Assembly (NCBI GenBank): GCA_049841255.1
Contig: JASGDV010000218.1
Coordinates: forward strand, 1,209 to 65,208
Direction: 5' to 3'
DNA: 64,000 nucleotides
Origin: Sphingobium sp.
Lineage (GTDB): Bacteria > Pseudomonadota > Alphaproteobacteria > Sphingomonadales > Sphingomonadaceae
Both the position numbers and the translations under genes were made by a program. The notes under the pieces were generated by a model, which did not search any database, had not been told where the DNA came from, and worked only from the letters and a program-made list of their open reading frames with translations. Shown one piece after another: positions 54,886 to 64,000 of the stretch; within the stretch, counting starts at the first letter, position 1; each line of letters begins with the position of its first letter.

Positions 54886-56472
54886 ATGGGTGCAGTCGGC
54901 AGCGACTATGTCGTGGATGCGAAACGCGACCGGACGCTCATTACCGCATCCGCGCTCGGCACCATTTTCGAATGGTATGATTTTTATATTTACGGCGTTC
55001 TGGCCCCCATTATCGGCCGGACATTTTTCCCGACGGACAATCCGACCATAGAGTTGCTTTATTCCTTGGCCGGTTTTGCCGTCGGCTTCTGTTTCCGTCC
55101 ATTGGGAGCCATCGTCTTCGGTTATCTGGGGGATCGGCTTGGAAGAAAATATACCTTCCTTGCCACGATCGTCTTGATGGGCGTCGCAACGGCGGGCGTC
55201 GGATTGACGCCGTCCGCCGCCACCATCGGGATCGCCGCTCCGATCATCCTCATCCTGCTCCGCATCGCGCAGGGATTGGCGCTGGGCGGGGAATATGGCG
55301 GCGCGGCCATTTATGTGGCCGAACATGCCCCCGTCGGGAAGCGGGGCTTTTACACCAGCTTCATTCAGGCCGGGGTGATCGGCGGCTTCATTCTTTCGCT
55401 GGTCGTCGTCGTCGGCACGCGATGGATCGTCGGAGAGGCGGTGTGGGATGATTGGGGATGGCGCCTACCCTTCCTCTTTTCACTGGCGTTGCTCGGCATT
55501 TCCATATGGATGCGGCTCAAATTGCGGGAAAGTCCCGTATTCGTGGCCATGAAGGCGGCGGGCGAGCAATCGTCCAATCCGCTGAAAGAGGCATTCACCT
55601 ATCCCGGAAACCGCCGCAGGATGTTCGTGGCGATGCTGGGCATAGCGGCGGGCTTCACCGTCATCGCCTATACGGTGATGTTTCAGGTGCTCTATTTCCT
55701 GCAAAATGGCCTGCATGTCGCGCCCGGCATCGCCCAGCTACTGGTGGGCGCAAGCGCCTTTGCCGGAATGGGTGCATTCATCTTCTTCGGCTGGCTGTCC
55801 GACCGGATCGGACGGAAGAAGCCCATCATCATCGGTTATGTCCTGACCCTCCTGCTGCTCTTCCCGATCTACCAGTTCATGGGGCAACATGCGAACCCCG
55901 CTCTGGCGGAAGCTGCGGAACGGGCGCCCGTGGTGGTGACGGGGACGGATTGCCGTTTCGACCCCTTCGCGAAAGTGCAGTCCACCGATTGCGCCCGTCT
56001 GCTCGATCACCTGACGAAGCGCGGCGTTCCCTACAGCAGTCAGGAAGGTGCGAAACTGAGCGTGACGGTCGGCGATGAGCGGGCGACCGACCTGAGCCCC
56101 GCCGGATTGGATGCCGTCCTTCAAAAGCAGGGCTATGATTTCGGCACCGTGACGCCGAGCTGGGACAAGGCGATTCTGATCTTCCTGCCGATCCTGTTGC
56201 TATGGACGTTGAATGGGATGGCTTATGGGCCGGTGGCTGCCCTGCTGTCGGAATATTTCCCGGCGCGCATCCGCTACAGTTCCTTTTCGATTCCCTATCA
56301 TATCGGCACGGGATATTTCGGCGGATTCCTGCCGTTGATAAGCCAATATATCATCGCGCGCACGGGCGACCCCCATGCCGGCCTGTGGTATCCCATCGCG
56401 GTGCTCGCGGTCGCCTTGTTGATATGCCTGTTCTGGTTGCCCGAGACGCGGGGAGCGAAACTCGACGCCTGA
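54886..56472 (+). CDS. MFS transporter, metabolite:H+ symporter (MHS) family, with an inserted hydrophilic segment
   Basis: N-terminal MHS pattern GTIFEWYDFYIYG and GDRLGRK loops, with about 12 hydrophobic segments. A strong SD (GGGGGAGG) precedes the ATG. Confidence 0.8.
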   Translation: MGAVGSDYVVDAKRDRTLITASALGTIFEWYDFYIYGVLAPIIGRTFFPTDNPTIELLYSLAGFAVGFCFRPLGAIVFGYLGDRLGRKYTFLATIVLMGVATAGVGLTPSAATIGIAAPIILILLRIAQGLALGGEYGGAAIYVAEHAPVGKRGFYTSFIQAGVIGGFILSLVVVVGTRWIVGEAVWDDWGWRLPFLFSLALLGISIWMRLKLRESPVFVAMKAAGEQSSNPLKEAFTYPGNRRRMFVAMLGIAAGFTVIAYTVMFQVLYFLQNGLHVAPGIAQLLVGASAFAGMGAFIFFGWLSDRIGRKKPIIIGYVLTLLLLFPIYQFMGQHANPALAEAAERAPVVVTGTDCRFDPFAKVQSTDCARLLDHLTKRGVPYSSQEGAKLSVTVGDERATDLSPAGLDAVLQKQGYDFGTVTPSWDKAILIFLPILLLWTLNGMAYGPVAALLSEYFPARIRYSSFSIPYHIGTGYFGGFLPLISQYIIARTGDPHAGLWYPIAVLAVALLICLFWLPETRGAKLDA

Positions 56473-56512
56473 ACGCTCGACCTGAGAACGGGATGGGTTT
56501 ATCGGCGGAGCG

Positions 56513-57559
56513 ATGCGTTCCTTCCCTGCTCCGCTCCGTCTACGCCTTGATGGCGATGCGTTGGTTTCGAACTGGCGATGGCTTGGAAGAATGGGCGGCG
56601 CGGCGGATTGCGGTGCTGCGATCAAGGCGGACGGCTATGGGCTGGGCGCGGATGAGGTGATGCGCCGGTTGATGGCTGCGGGGTGCCGGGACTTCTTCGT
56701 ATCGAACTGGCATGAAGCGGAACGGCTGGAGCCTTTGCTGGAACAGGGCATCGGCCTGTCCGTGCTTCATGGCGTGCGCGACGAGGATATGCGTTATGCC
56801 CTGACTTCGCGAGCAAGGCCCGTCTTATGCTCGCCTGCCCAGATCGAACGGTGGAAAGCCGCGCGCGGGGGCGAATGTCATCTCATGATCGATACGGGCA
56901 TGAACCGTCTGGGCATCGATTGGCGGAGCGATATTGCGCCCCTGGTGGAAGGCTTGTCGGTCGACACGCTTTTCAGCCATCTGGCTTCGGCGGATGAGGA
57001 TTCGCCGCTCAACGCGATCCAGTTGGAACGCTTCATCGCGATCAAGGGCAAAGTCGCGCCCCGGCGATATAGTCTGGCCAATAGCGCGGGCATTTGCCTT
57101 GGCCGCGACTATGCCTTCGATCTGACGCGTCCGGGGATTGCCCTTTACGGCGGCATAGCGCGGGAAAATGCGGCCCCTCATATCCGGCAGGTAGTGTTTC
57201 CCGAAGCGCAGGTGCTTCAGCGCCGCCAAGTCGTAGCGGGCGAGGGCATCGGTTATAATGCGACCTTCCGCGCGCCTGCCGATATGGAGATCGCGATCCT
57301 GAATCTCGGATATGCGGACGGATATCTGCGCAGCTTTTCCGGCTGTGGATCGGTGTCCGCCGATGGGGAAAGGCTGCCGCTGGTGGGCCGGGTGTCGATG
57401 GATTTGCTGGCGGTGGATGTGACCGGCAGGTCGGATGTCGACGAGGGGCGATGGCTGGGCGTCGACTATGCTTTGCCGGAAGCCGCGGCATTGTCAGGCC
57501 TGTCGCAATATGAACTTCTGACCGGCCTTGGAAGCCGTTTCGATCGAATCTGGATATGA
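56513..57559 (+). CDS. alr: Alanine racemase
   Basis: PLP-Lys motif AAIKADGYGLG and full-length collinearity. Confidence 0.85.
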   Translation: MRSFPAPLRLRLDGDALVSNWRWLGRMGGAADCGAAIKADGYGLGADEVMRRLMAAGCRDFFVSNWHEAERLEPLLEQGIGLSVLHGVRDEDMRYALTSRARPVLCSPAQIERWKAARGGECHLMIDTGMNRLGIDWRSDIAPLVEGLSVDTLFSHLASADEDSPLNAIQLERFIAIKGKVAPRRYSLANSAGICLGRDYAFDLTRPGIALYGGIARENAAPHIRQVVFPEAQVLQRRQVVAGEGIGYNATFRAPADMEIAILNLGYADGYLRSFSGCGSVSADGERLPLVGRVSMDLLAVDVTGRSDVDEGRWLGVDYALPEAAALSGLSQYELLTGLGSRFDRIWI

Positions 57560-57563
57560 AGGC

Positions 57564-57599
57564 GAGCCGCCGATTCATCGACCGGCGGCTCCCTTTTTT
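57564..57599 (+). terminator. Intrinsic terminator after alr
   Basis: A 9-bp stem gagccgccg / cggcggctc with a 10-nt loop, followed by cc and TTTTTT at 57594-57599. Confidence 0.65.
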
Positions 57600-57603
57600 C
57601 AGA

Positions 57604-58776
57604 TCAACGCTCGATGCACATGGCGACGCCCATGCCACCGCCGACGCACAGTGTCGCGAGGCCCTTTTTGGCATCGCGCTTCTGCATTTCGTAAAGCAGG
57701 GTGGTAAGCACGCGCGCACCGGAAGCGCCGACCGGGTGGCCGATGGCGATGGCGCCGCCATTGACGTTCACCTTTTCCGGGTCCCAACCCAGTTCCTGTC
57801 CCACGGCCAGAGCCTGAGCGGCGAAAGCCTCATTGGCTTCGATCAGGTCGATGTCGCCAAGCGACCAACCGGCCTTTTCCAGCGCGAGGCGCGTGGCGGG
57901 AGCCGGGCCGATACCCATGATCGCCGGGTCGACGCCGCACGTCGCGAAGGCCGCGATCCGTCCCAATACCGGCGCGCTGCGCTTGGCGGCTTCCGCGCCG
58001 CTCATGACCACGAGCGCGGCGGCGCCGTCATTGATGCCGCTGGCGTTGCCAGCGGTGACGGTGCCCTCTTTCTTGAAGGCCGGTTTCAGGGCCTGCATGG
58101 TTTCCAGCGTGGCGCCGGTGCGGATATATTCGTCGCTGTCCACGATCGTGTCGCCCTTGCGGCCCTTGATCGTGACGGGCGTGATTTCGTCCTTGAAGCG
58201 ACCGGCGGCGCGGGCGGCTTCCGCCTTGTTCTGGCTGGCGACAGCGAACTGGTCCTGCGCGTCGCGGGAAATCTGGTATTTTTCCGCCAGATTTTCCGCC
58301 GTCACGCCCATATGATAATTGTGGAACGCATCGGTCAGGCCATCCAGGATCATGGTGTCGACCAAGGACAGCGCGCCCATCTTCACGCCGCCGCGCAGAT
58401 TTTGCGCGTGGGGCGCCATGGACATATTCTCCTGACCGCCCGCGACCATGATCCGGGCGTCGCCTGCCCTGATCGCCTGCGCGGCCAGCGCCACGGAACG
58501 CAGCCCGGAACCGCAAAGCTGGTTGAGGCCGATGGCTGTACGCTCGACGGGAATGCCCGCGTTGACGGCAGCCTGCCGCGCGGGGTTCTGTCCCTGTCCG
58601 GCGGACAGGATCTGGCCCAGAATGACTTCGTCCACTTCCTCCGGCGCGAGTCCCGCCTGCGCCAACGCGGCTACGATCGCGGTTCTGCCCAGCTCATGCG
58701 CCGGGGTATTGACATAAGCGCCCAGAAAGCTGCCGACGGCGGTTCGCTTGGCGGCGGTGATGACGATGTCTGACAC
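57604..58776 (-). CDS. phaA: Acetyl-CoA C-acetyltransferase (thiolase II)
   Basis: Active-site Cys region [10 protein letters not shown] and the C-terminal [13 protein letters not shown]. Confidence 0.9.
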   Translation of the reverse strand: MSDIVITAAKRTAVGSFLGAYVNTPAHELGRTAIVAALAQAGLAPEEVDEVILGQILSAGQGQNPARQAAVNAGIPVERTAIGLNQLCGSGLRSVALAAQAIRAGDARIMVAGGQENMSMAPHAQNLRGGVKMGALSLVDTMILDGLTDAFHNYHMGVTAENLAEKYQISRDAQDQFAVASQNKAEAARAAGRFKDEITPVTIKGRKGDTIVDSDEYIRTGATLETMQALKPAFKKEGTVTAGNASGINDGAAALVVMSGAEAAKRSAPVLGRIAAFATCGVDPAIMGIGPAPATRLALEKAGWSLGDIDLIEANEAFAAQALAVGQELGWDPEKVNVNGGAIAIGHPVGASGARVLTTLLYEMQKRDAKKGLATLCVGGGMGVAMCIER

Positions 58777-58824
58777 TATTCACATCCTTGATGCTGGAGA
58801 ATTCGTTCGCACCTGCACATAACA

Positions 58825-59913
58825 TCATCCGCCATGCTCGCAAAGCCATTGGGACAGAGGATTCCACAAGAGGTCGGGCGCCTGTCGCCCCACGATCATG
58901 CCGACATGGCCCATTTGCAGGGTTCGGCTTTGGGCAAGCCGGGGGGCTGCGCTGGCCGGGACGATCCGGTCGGTCGCGGATCGAATGGACAGGCTGGGGC
59001 ATGAGAGGGATTCAAGATTCACGGCCCGCCCTCCGATCATCCATTGCCCCAATCCGCTGACATTCGCGTGATAGAATGTTTCGAAAAGATCGCGTCCTGC
59101 GGCAAAGGTCAGGGGCGCGCCTCCATTCGCCCAGTCTTCCACGGCGAGAAATGCCCGCTCGTCGTCCGTTCCGGGCGCCATGTCGGAAAAGGCCGCGAAC
59201 TTCCGTATGGTGCGGGCGGGGTCCAGCGCCCAGAATCCAGATTGAAGGACCTCCATCGGGACATAGCCAAGGCGTTCGCAGGTGGCTTTGACTCCTCTCC
59301 ACAGGCCGATGATCTGGTCGAGATCGGCTTGCGGGAAGCCGTCGAAATGCCATGGGGCGGCTATGGTGGCGATGGCGCGGACAGGGTGCAGCATGGCCGC
59401 GCCCAGAACCAGACTGCCGCCAAGGCAATAGCCGACGAGCATGGGCGGCTCCGGCAGGGTTTCCAGCATCGGAACCAATCGTTGCGTGACATGGCCTTCA
59501 AGGCCCAGCATCGAATCTTTCGCGGCAGGCGCTCCCCAATCGACCAGATAGGCGTCATGTCCCTGTGCAGCCATGTGGCGCAACATGGACCGGCTTTCCG
59601 ACAGATCGAGCACGGTGGGCGGATTGATGAGCGAAGGCACGAACACGACCGGAGGGCCGCTGTTTCCCATGCCGTAGCGCAGCAATCGGGCATTTCCCGC
59701 CGTCGCCGCTATGGCGGGAAGGGGAGGGGGAAGAGGCCTTTCGGCCGTCTGATATTTCCGCAAGCCCAGAAAGGCACGGCGGCGCAGGTCCGGGTCGTCC
59801 TCCGTCTCGCGCCACAGGATATCGAGGAAAAGCGGCAATGGCCGGGGCCCATGTTGCGGCGCGGCATTGCCCTGTGCTAATGCGGAAGGAACAGGTGTGG
59901 GAGAGATTTCCAT
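58825..59913 (-). CDS. Alpha/beta-hydrolase-fold protein, short PHA-synthase (PhaC)-like with a Cys nucleophile box
   Basis: A GYCLGG box (G-x-C-x-G-G, as in PHA synthases) and a C-terminal GHVGMIVG His region. The start could be ATG 59913, ATG 59955 or TTG 59958. Confidence 0.6.
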   Translation of the reverse strand: MEISPTPVPSALAQGNAAPQHGPRPLPLFLDILWRETEDDPDLRRRAFLGLRKYQTAERPLPPPLPAIAATAGNARLLRYGMGNSGPPVVFVPSLINPPTVLDLSESRSMLRHMAAQGHDAYLVDWGAPAAKDSMLGLEGHVTQRLVPMLETLPEPPMLVGYCLGGSLVLGAAMLHPVRAIATIAAPWHFDGFPQADLDQIIGLWRGVKATCERLGYVPMEVLQSGFWALDPARTIRKFAAFSDMAPGTDDERAFLAVEDWANGGAPLTFAAGRDLFETFYHANVSGLGQWMIGGRAVNLESLSCPSLSIRSATDRIVPASAAPRLAQSRTLQMGHVGMIVGRQAPDLLWNPLSQWLCEHGG

Positions 59914-60475
59914 GGTGAAGTCCAAGACGACGAATGAAGCCGAACCGGTGATCATCAAGAAATATGCGAACCGGCGGCTCTATAATACGGAAACCTCAAG
60001 CTACATCACATTGGATCTGTTGTCGCAGATGACTCGCGATGGGCGCGAGTTCGTCGTCGTGGATGCCAAGACCGGCGAGGACATCACGCATAATGTTCTA
60101 ACCCAGATCATCATGGAGGAGGAGCAGCGGGGCAAGAATATGCTGCCCGTCAACTTCCTGCGCCAGTTGATCTCCATGTATGGCGATTCCATGCAATCGA
60201 TGGTGCCGCAATATCTGGAAGCGTCGATGGAGGCGTTCCGCAAGAACCAGCAGCAGTTTCAGGAAGCGATGAAGGGCGCTTTCGGCGGCGGCCCCTTCGC
60301 GGAGATCGCCAAGCGCAACATGGAGATGTTCGAGGCGGCCACCCATGCCTTTGGCGCGGGCGTCACGCCGCCCGCGGCGAAGCAGGCCCGTTCCGACGAG
60401 AGCAAGGATGACGAGATTGCAGACCTCAAGGCTCAGCTTGCGGCGTTGAATGCCAAGATCGACAAGCTGAGCTAA
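59912..60475 (+). CDS. phaR: Polyhydroxyalkanoate synthesis repressor
   Basis: N-terminal IKKYANRRLYNTETSSYITL. ATG 59912 sits 6 nt after GGGAGAG. Confidence 0.85.
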   Translation: MVKSKTTNEAEPVIIKKYANRRLYNTETSSYITLDLLSQMTRDGREFVVVDAKTGEDITHNVLTQIIMEEEQRGKNMLPVNFLRQLISMYGDSMQSMVPQYLEASMEAFRKNQQQFQEAMKGAFGGGPFAEIAKRNMEMFEAATHAFGAGVTPPAAKQARSDESKDDEIADLKAQLAALNAKIDKLS

Positions 60476-60568
60476 AGTCACGTCCGCAATGCTTCGGGGG
60501 TCGACAGAAACGGCGCGCTTGCCCTATGGCGCGCCATCATTCGCACTCAGGCAGCCAAGGTCGATCCC

Positions 60569-62095
60569 GTGAAACACGCCCTTTCCGTAACCCGTGAACA
60601 GGATTTCGCCGCCTGGTATCAGGCGGTCATCTCCGAAGCCGACATGGCGGAGGAAAGCGGCGTTCGCGGCTGCATGGTCATCCGTCCCTGGGGCTATGGC
60701 ATCTGGGAACGCATCCAGCGATTGCTGGACGAGCGGATCAAGGCGACGGGTCACGAAAACTGCTATTTCCCCGTCTTCATCCCACTGTCCTATTTTGAGA
60801 AGGAAGCGGAGCATGTGGACGGCTTCGCCAAGGAAATGGCGGTCGTCACCCACCACCGCCTGATCCAGAAGGACGGCAGGATGGTGCCGGACCCCGAGGC
60901 GAAGCTGGAGGAGCCCCTGGTCGTCCGTCCGACTTCGGAAACGGTGATCGGCGCGGCCTTTTCCCGCTGGGTGCAGAGCTGGCGCGACCTGCCGGTGCTC
61001 ATCAATCAATGGGCCAATGTGGTGCGCTGGGAAATGCGGACCCGCATGTTCCTGCGCACCAGCGAGTTTCTTTGGCAGGAGGGGCATACCGCTCACGCTT
61101 CTGTCGACGAAGCGATGGACGAGACGATGAAGATGCTCGAAGTCTATCGCAGTTTTGCCGAGGAATGCGTCGCGCTGCCGGTCATCGCGGGCGAGAAGCC
61201 GGAGAATGAGCGTTTTCCAGGCGCGGTCGCGACCTATTCCATCGAAGCGATGATGCAGGACGGAAAGGCGCTTCAGGCGGGCACCTCGCATTTTCTGGGC
61301 ACGACCTTCAGCCAGGCGCAGAACATCCGGTTTCAGAATGCCGAGGGGCAGCAGGAACTGGCCCAGACGACAAGCTGGGGCATGTCCACACGCATGATCG
61401 GCGGGCTGATCATGGTGCATGGCGACGATGACGGGCTACGGGTGCCGCCGCGTGTCGCGCCTTATCAGATCGTCGTCGTGCCGATGTTGCGCGATACGGA
61501 GGAGGATGCCGCCATCCTCGATTATTGCGCGGCTCTGGTCGGCGAACTCAACGGGAAGGACGTGTTCCGCGAGCCTGTCCGCGCCCTGCTGGACAAGCGT
61601 CCTGCCAAGGCCGCCAACAAGCGTTGGGGGTGGGTCAAGAAAGGCGCGCCAGTCGTGATCGAGGTGGGCGGCCGCGATGTCGCTGGCGGCAATGTGTCGG
61701 TGCTGCGCCGCGACCGGCTCTATCGGGCGGATGGAAAGCTCGACAGCCAGATACTGTCCAGAGATGATTTCATCGCCGGGGCTGCGGCCATGCTGGAAGA
61801 AATCCAGCAGGCGCTGTTCGCCGATGCGCATGCCCGGCTGCGCAGCAATGTGGATAAATCGATTGCATCGCTGGATGAGCTGAAAGCCTATTTCGCGGCC
61901 AGCGCGAAGCCGGGTTGGGCGCTGGTCCAGTGGAGCAAGCCGACGGGTGCGGCACTCGATAAGGTCGTCCAATGGCTGAAGGGCGAGAAACTGACCCTGC
62001 GTAACGTGCCTTTGGATGCGGAAGTTGCTGACGGGGCCTGCATCTTCACCGGGCAGGCGGCGGTCGAGCGCGTTCTGGTCGGGCGTTCCTACTAG
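60569..62095 (+). CDS. proS: Proline--tRNA ligase (compact archaeal/eukaryote-like type)
   Basis: Class II aaRS collinearity (FAAWYQAVISEADMAE, VRPTSETV, RTSEFLWQEGHT). GTG start. Confidence 0.9.
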   Translation: MKHALSVTREQDFAAWYQAVISEADMAEESGVRGCMVIRPWGYGIWERIQRLLDERIKATGHENCYFPVFIPLSYFEKEAEHVDGFAKEMAVVTHHRLIQKDGRMVPDPEAKLEEPLVVRPTSETVIGAAFSRWVQSWRDLPVLINQWANVVRWEMRTRMFLRTSEFLWQEGHTAHASVDEAMDETMKMLEVYRSFAEECVALPVIAGEKPENERFPGAVATYSIEAMMQDGKALQAGTSHFLGTTFSQAQNIRFQNAEGQQELAQTTSWGMSTRMIGGLIMVHGDDDGLRVPPRVAPYQIVVVPMLRDTEEDAAILDYCAALVGELNGKDVFREPVRALLDKRPAKAANKRWGWVKKGAPVVIEVGGRDVAGGNVSVLRRDRLYRADGKLDSQILSRDDFIAGAAAMLEEIQQALFADAHARLRSNVDKSIASLDELKAYFAASAKPGWALVQWSKPTGAALDKVVQWLKGEKLTLRNVPLDAEVADGACIFTGQAAVERVLVGRSY

Positions 62096-62201
62096 GCGGC
62101 ACATTCTGCCGCCAAAGTAGAGAAAATGACCTATTGGTAGATGACGGCGCGCTCCCTTGTGCCTATGAGTCCGTTTGAGCCGATCTCAACCGGAGAATAT
62201 C

Positions 62202-62630
62202 ATGACTGCCATCTCACTTGCCGCCGCGAGGACGATCATCGACGCGGCCCTTGCCAAAGGGGACGAACTCAAGCTCAAGCCTCTGGCGGTGGTCGTTCTG
62301 GATGCAGGCGGGCACATGATTGCCAGCGTCCGGCAGGATGGGGCATCCTTCATGCGCGTGCAGGTGGCGACGGGTAAGGCTTCGGGTGCGCTCGCTCTGG
62401 GCATTTCCAGCCGCAAGATTGGCGAAATGGCGGCGGAACGTCCGACATTCATTTCATGTCTCGGCCCGATCGCACCGGCAGGGATCATTCCCGCGGCGGG
62501 CGGGGTCATTCTGGTCGACGGCGCGGGAGCGCCGGTGGGCGCGGTGGGCATCAGCGGCGACCTGTCGGACAATGACGAAATCTGCGCGATAGCCGGAGCG
62601 CAAGCCGCCGGATTGGCCGTGCAGGCTTGA
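62202..62630 (+). CDS. GlcG/HbpS-like heme-binding protein (DUF336)
   Basis: DUF336 pattern (LAVVVLDAGGHMIA, GGVILV, VGAVGISG). Confidence 0.7.
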   Translation: MTAISLAAARTIIDAALAKGDELKLKPLAVVVLDAGGHMIASVRQDGASFMRVQVATGKASGALALGISSRKIGEMAAERPTFISCLGPIAPAGIIPAAGGVILVDGAGAPVGAVGISGDLSDNDEICAIAGAQAAGLAVQA

Positions 62631-62667
62631 TGAGAGGGCGGGCTGCCCCGCTGGAAAGTGGGAAAGA

Positions 62668-63669
62668 ATGAGTCTTCCTCGGATCGCCTTCATCAGCACC
62701 GGCGGAACGATCGGCGGCGTCACGCCCGATCCGCTCAATATCCTCGATTATGGCGTGGACGGGTCGGTGCTCGACGGCAGCGGGATCGTCCAGCGCATCG
62801 CCGAGGCAAAGGCGGTCGCGGATATCGATGTCTATGACGCGGGCAGATTGATCAGCACCGCCATCGGCTTTCCGGTTGTGCGGCAGTTGGCGGCGCTGTG
62901 CGACCGGATATGCCGTGAAAAGCCGGACATAACGGGTATCGTCATCGGGCACGGCACATCCACGCTGGAAGAGACGGCCTATCTTCTTCACCTCTGCCTG
63001 AAGGTGTCGGTTCCCGTCGTGATCGTCGGGAGCCAGCGGCCTTTGAGCGCGCTGTCGAGCGACGCGGGAATGAACTTCATCGGCGCCCTGCGCGTGGCGG
63101 CGTCTCCCGAAGCGCGCGGGAAGGGCGTGCTGGTGGTGTTGAACGACGAGATTCATTCCGCTCGCGACGTGACCAAGACGTCGACCGTGCGCCTCCATGC
63201 TTTCCGGTCGCCGGAATTCGGTCCCTTGGGATGCGTCGACGGTCCTCATGTCCTTTTCTACCGCGATATTGTCCGCCGCGCTTATCCCCGCACGGAATTC
63301 GATGTCAGCCGGATGGAAAGCCTGCCGCGCGTGGACATCGCTTATTCCCATATGGAGGCGGACGGCGTGGCGGTGCGCGCTTTTGTGGACGCGGGGGCGC
63401 AGGGCATCGTCATCGCCGGATTTGGTCCCGGCGCTCCCGCCGATTCGGAGCATCCGGCCTATCGCTACGCCGCTGAGCGAGGAGTGGTTCTGTTGCAGGC
63501 TTCGCGTTGCGGAACGGGGCGCGCTTATGTTCCGAGCTTCGATTATGGCGGTTATTCCTGCATCACCGCCGATAATCTCAGCCCGCACAAGGCGCGCATC
63601 CTGCTTTCCCTTGGGCTGGCCTTCACCAGCGACAAAGCGCGGCTACAGGAAATGTTCGATATTTATTGA
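62668..63669 (+). CDS. L-asparaginase family protein
   Basis: N-terminal catalytic motif ISTGGTIGG and HGTSTLEETA. Confidence 0.8.
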   Translation: MSLPRIAFISTGGTIGGVTPDPLNILDYGVDGSVLDGSGIVQRIAEAKAVADIDVYDAGRLISTAIGFPVVRQLAALCDRICREKPDITGIVIGHGTSTLEETAYLLHLCLKVSVPVVIVGSQRPLSALSSDAGMNFIGALRVAASPEARGKGVLVVLNDEIHSARDVTKTSTVRLHAFRSPEFGPLGCVDGPHVLFYRDIVRRAYPRTEFDVSRMESLPRVDIAYSHMEADGVAVRAFVDAGAQGIVIAGFGPGAPADSEHPAYRYAAERGVVLLQASRCGTGRAYVPSFDYGGYSCITADNLSPHKARILLSLGLAFTSDKARLQEMFDIY

Positions 63670-64000
63670 ATGAGGAGCGGGATGATCGCCGCGCCGATCC
63701 AGAGTATCGCGCAGGCGCGCAGGTAAATCCGCAACGCCCGGTCGATGTCTTGCGTGGAAATCCGGTCATCGCCGTCGCCGATCCACGGCTTGTCATGCGC
63801 GATGCCGTCATAGCTCAGCGGACCGGCTAGGCGCAGGCCCAGCGTCCCCGCCATCGCCGCTTCCGTCCATCCGGCGTTGGGAGAGGCATGTTTGCCGGCA
63901 TCGCGCAGCATGATGCGCCAGCCTCCACCGCCAGCAAGGCAGATCGCCGCCCCCGCCAGCCGCGCGGGCAGGAAGTTCATCACATCGTCGGTCCGCGCGG
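63663..64000 (-). CDS. cobD: Adenosylcobinamide-phosphate synthase CobD/CbiB (5' end lies outside window)
   Basis: The C-terminal CobD pattern (SPNAGWTEAAMAGTLGLRLAGP) continues to the window edge. The stop overlaps the asparaginase stop by 7 nt (convergent genes). Confidence 0.75.
   Translation of the reverse strand, partial: ARTDDVMNFLPARLAGAAICLAGGGGWRIMLRDAGKHASPNAGWTEAAMAGTLGLRLAGPLSYDGIAHDKPWIGDGDDRISTQDIDRALRIYLRACAILWIGAAIIPLLIQ

Noticed and set aside
60524-61420. 298-aa ORF antisense to proS.
   Set aside because: proS is collinear with class II prolyl-tRNA synthetases over its full length. The antisense frame has no motif.
1-64000. Search for tRNA or rRNA genes in all spacers longer than 70 nt.
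   Set aside because: I saw no T-loop-like GGTTCGAATCC motif, no cloverleaf-compatible stems and no rRNA-like conserved stretches. The spacers are explained by repeats, hairpins or divergent promoters.

Overview
This is a high-GC alphaproteobacterial chromosome segment. Gene content (ALA-synthase hemA, lepB-rnc-era, plsY-dprA-topA) and the dispersed repeat families suggest Sphingomonadaceae, but that is inference. I support about 55 tightly packed protein-coding genes, many joined by 4-nt start/stop overlaps (ATGA, GTGA, TTGA). I saw no rRNA, tRNA or CRISPR array. The many long antisense ORFs in the track are high-GC shadow frames. Content from left to right: an uncharacterised operon (NtaA-like monooxygenase, methylaspartate-ammonia-lyase homologue, MmgE/PrpD, acyl-CoA ligase, COG0523 GTPase); udg-slt-moaB; ETF-QO, TPR, ispE; ilvD; nnr; an alternative polyamine cluster (carboxy(nor)spermidine dehydrogenase and decarboxylase plus ornithine decarboxylase); a ligase-associated DNA-damage pair; a btaA/btaB-like betaine-lipid pair; hemA, murI, plsY-dprA-topA; era/rnc/lepB; pgi, gor; a PccR-controlled methylmalonyl pathway cluster (pccB-mce-mcm-bioB-pccA); a lower-GC csaA/MFS islet; alr; PHA genes (phaA, a short PhaC-like protein, phaR); proS; asparaginase; cobD. 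The best candidate for something undescribed is a 95-codon GIY-YIG nuclease gene inserted between rnc and era. It is bracketed by inverted copies of a repeat unit (CCGTTCG-N4-GAGC...TCGAAG) that also occurs as ORF-less inverted doublets in three other operon-internal spacers. This architecture resembles REP/REPIN-RAYT but with a GIY-YIG enzyme. The second candidate is the left-edge five-gene operon, which matches no textbook pathway. Gene starts were assigned by hand and several are uncertain. No database searches were run.
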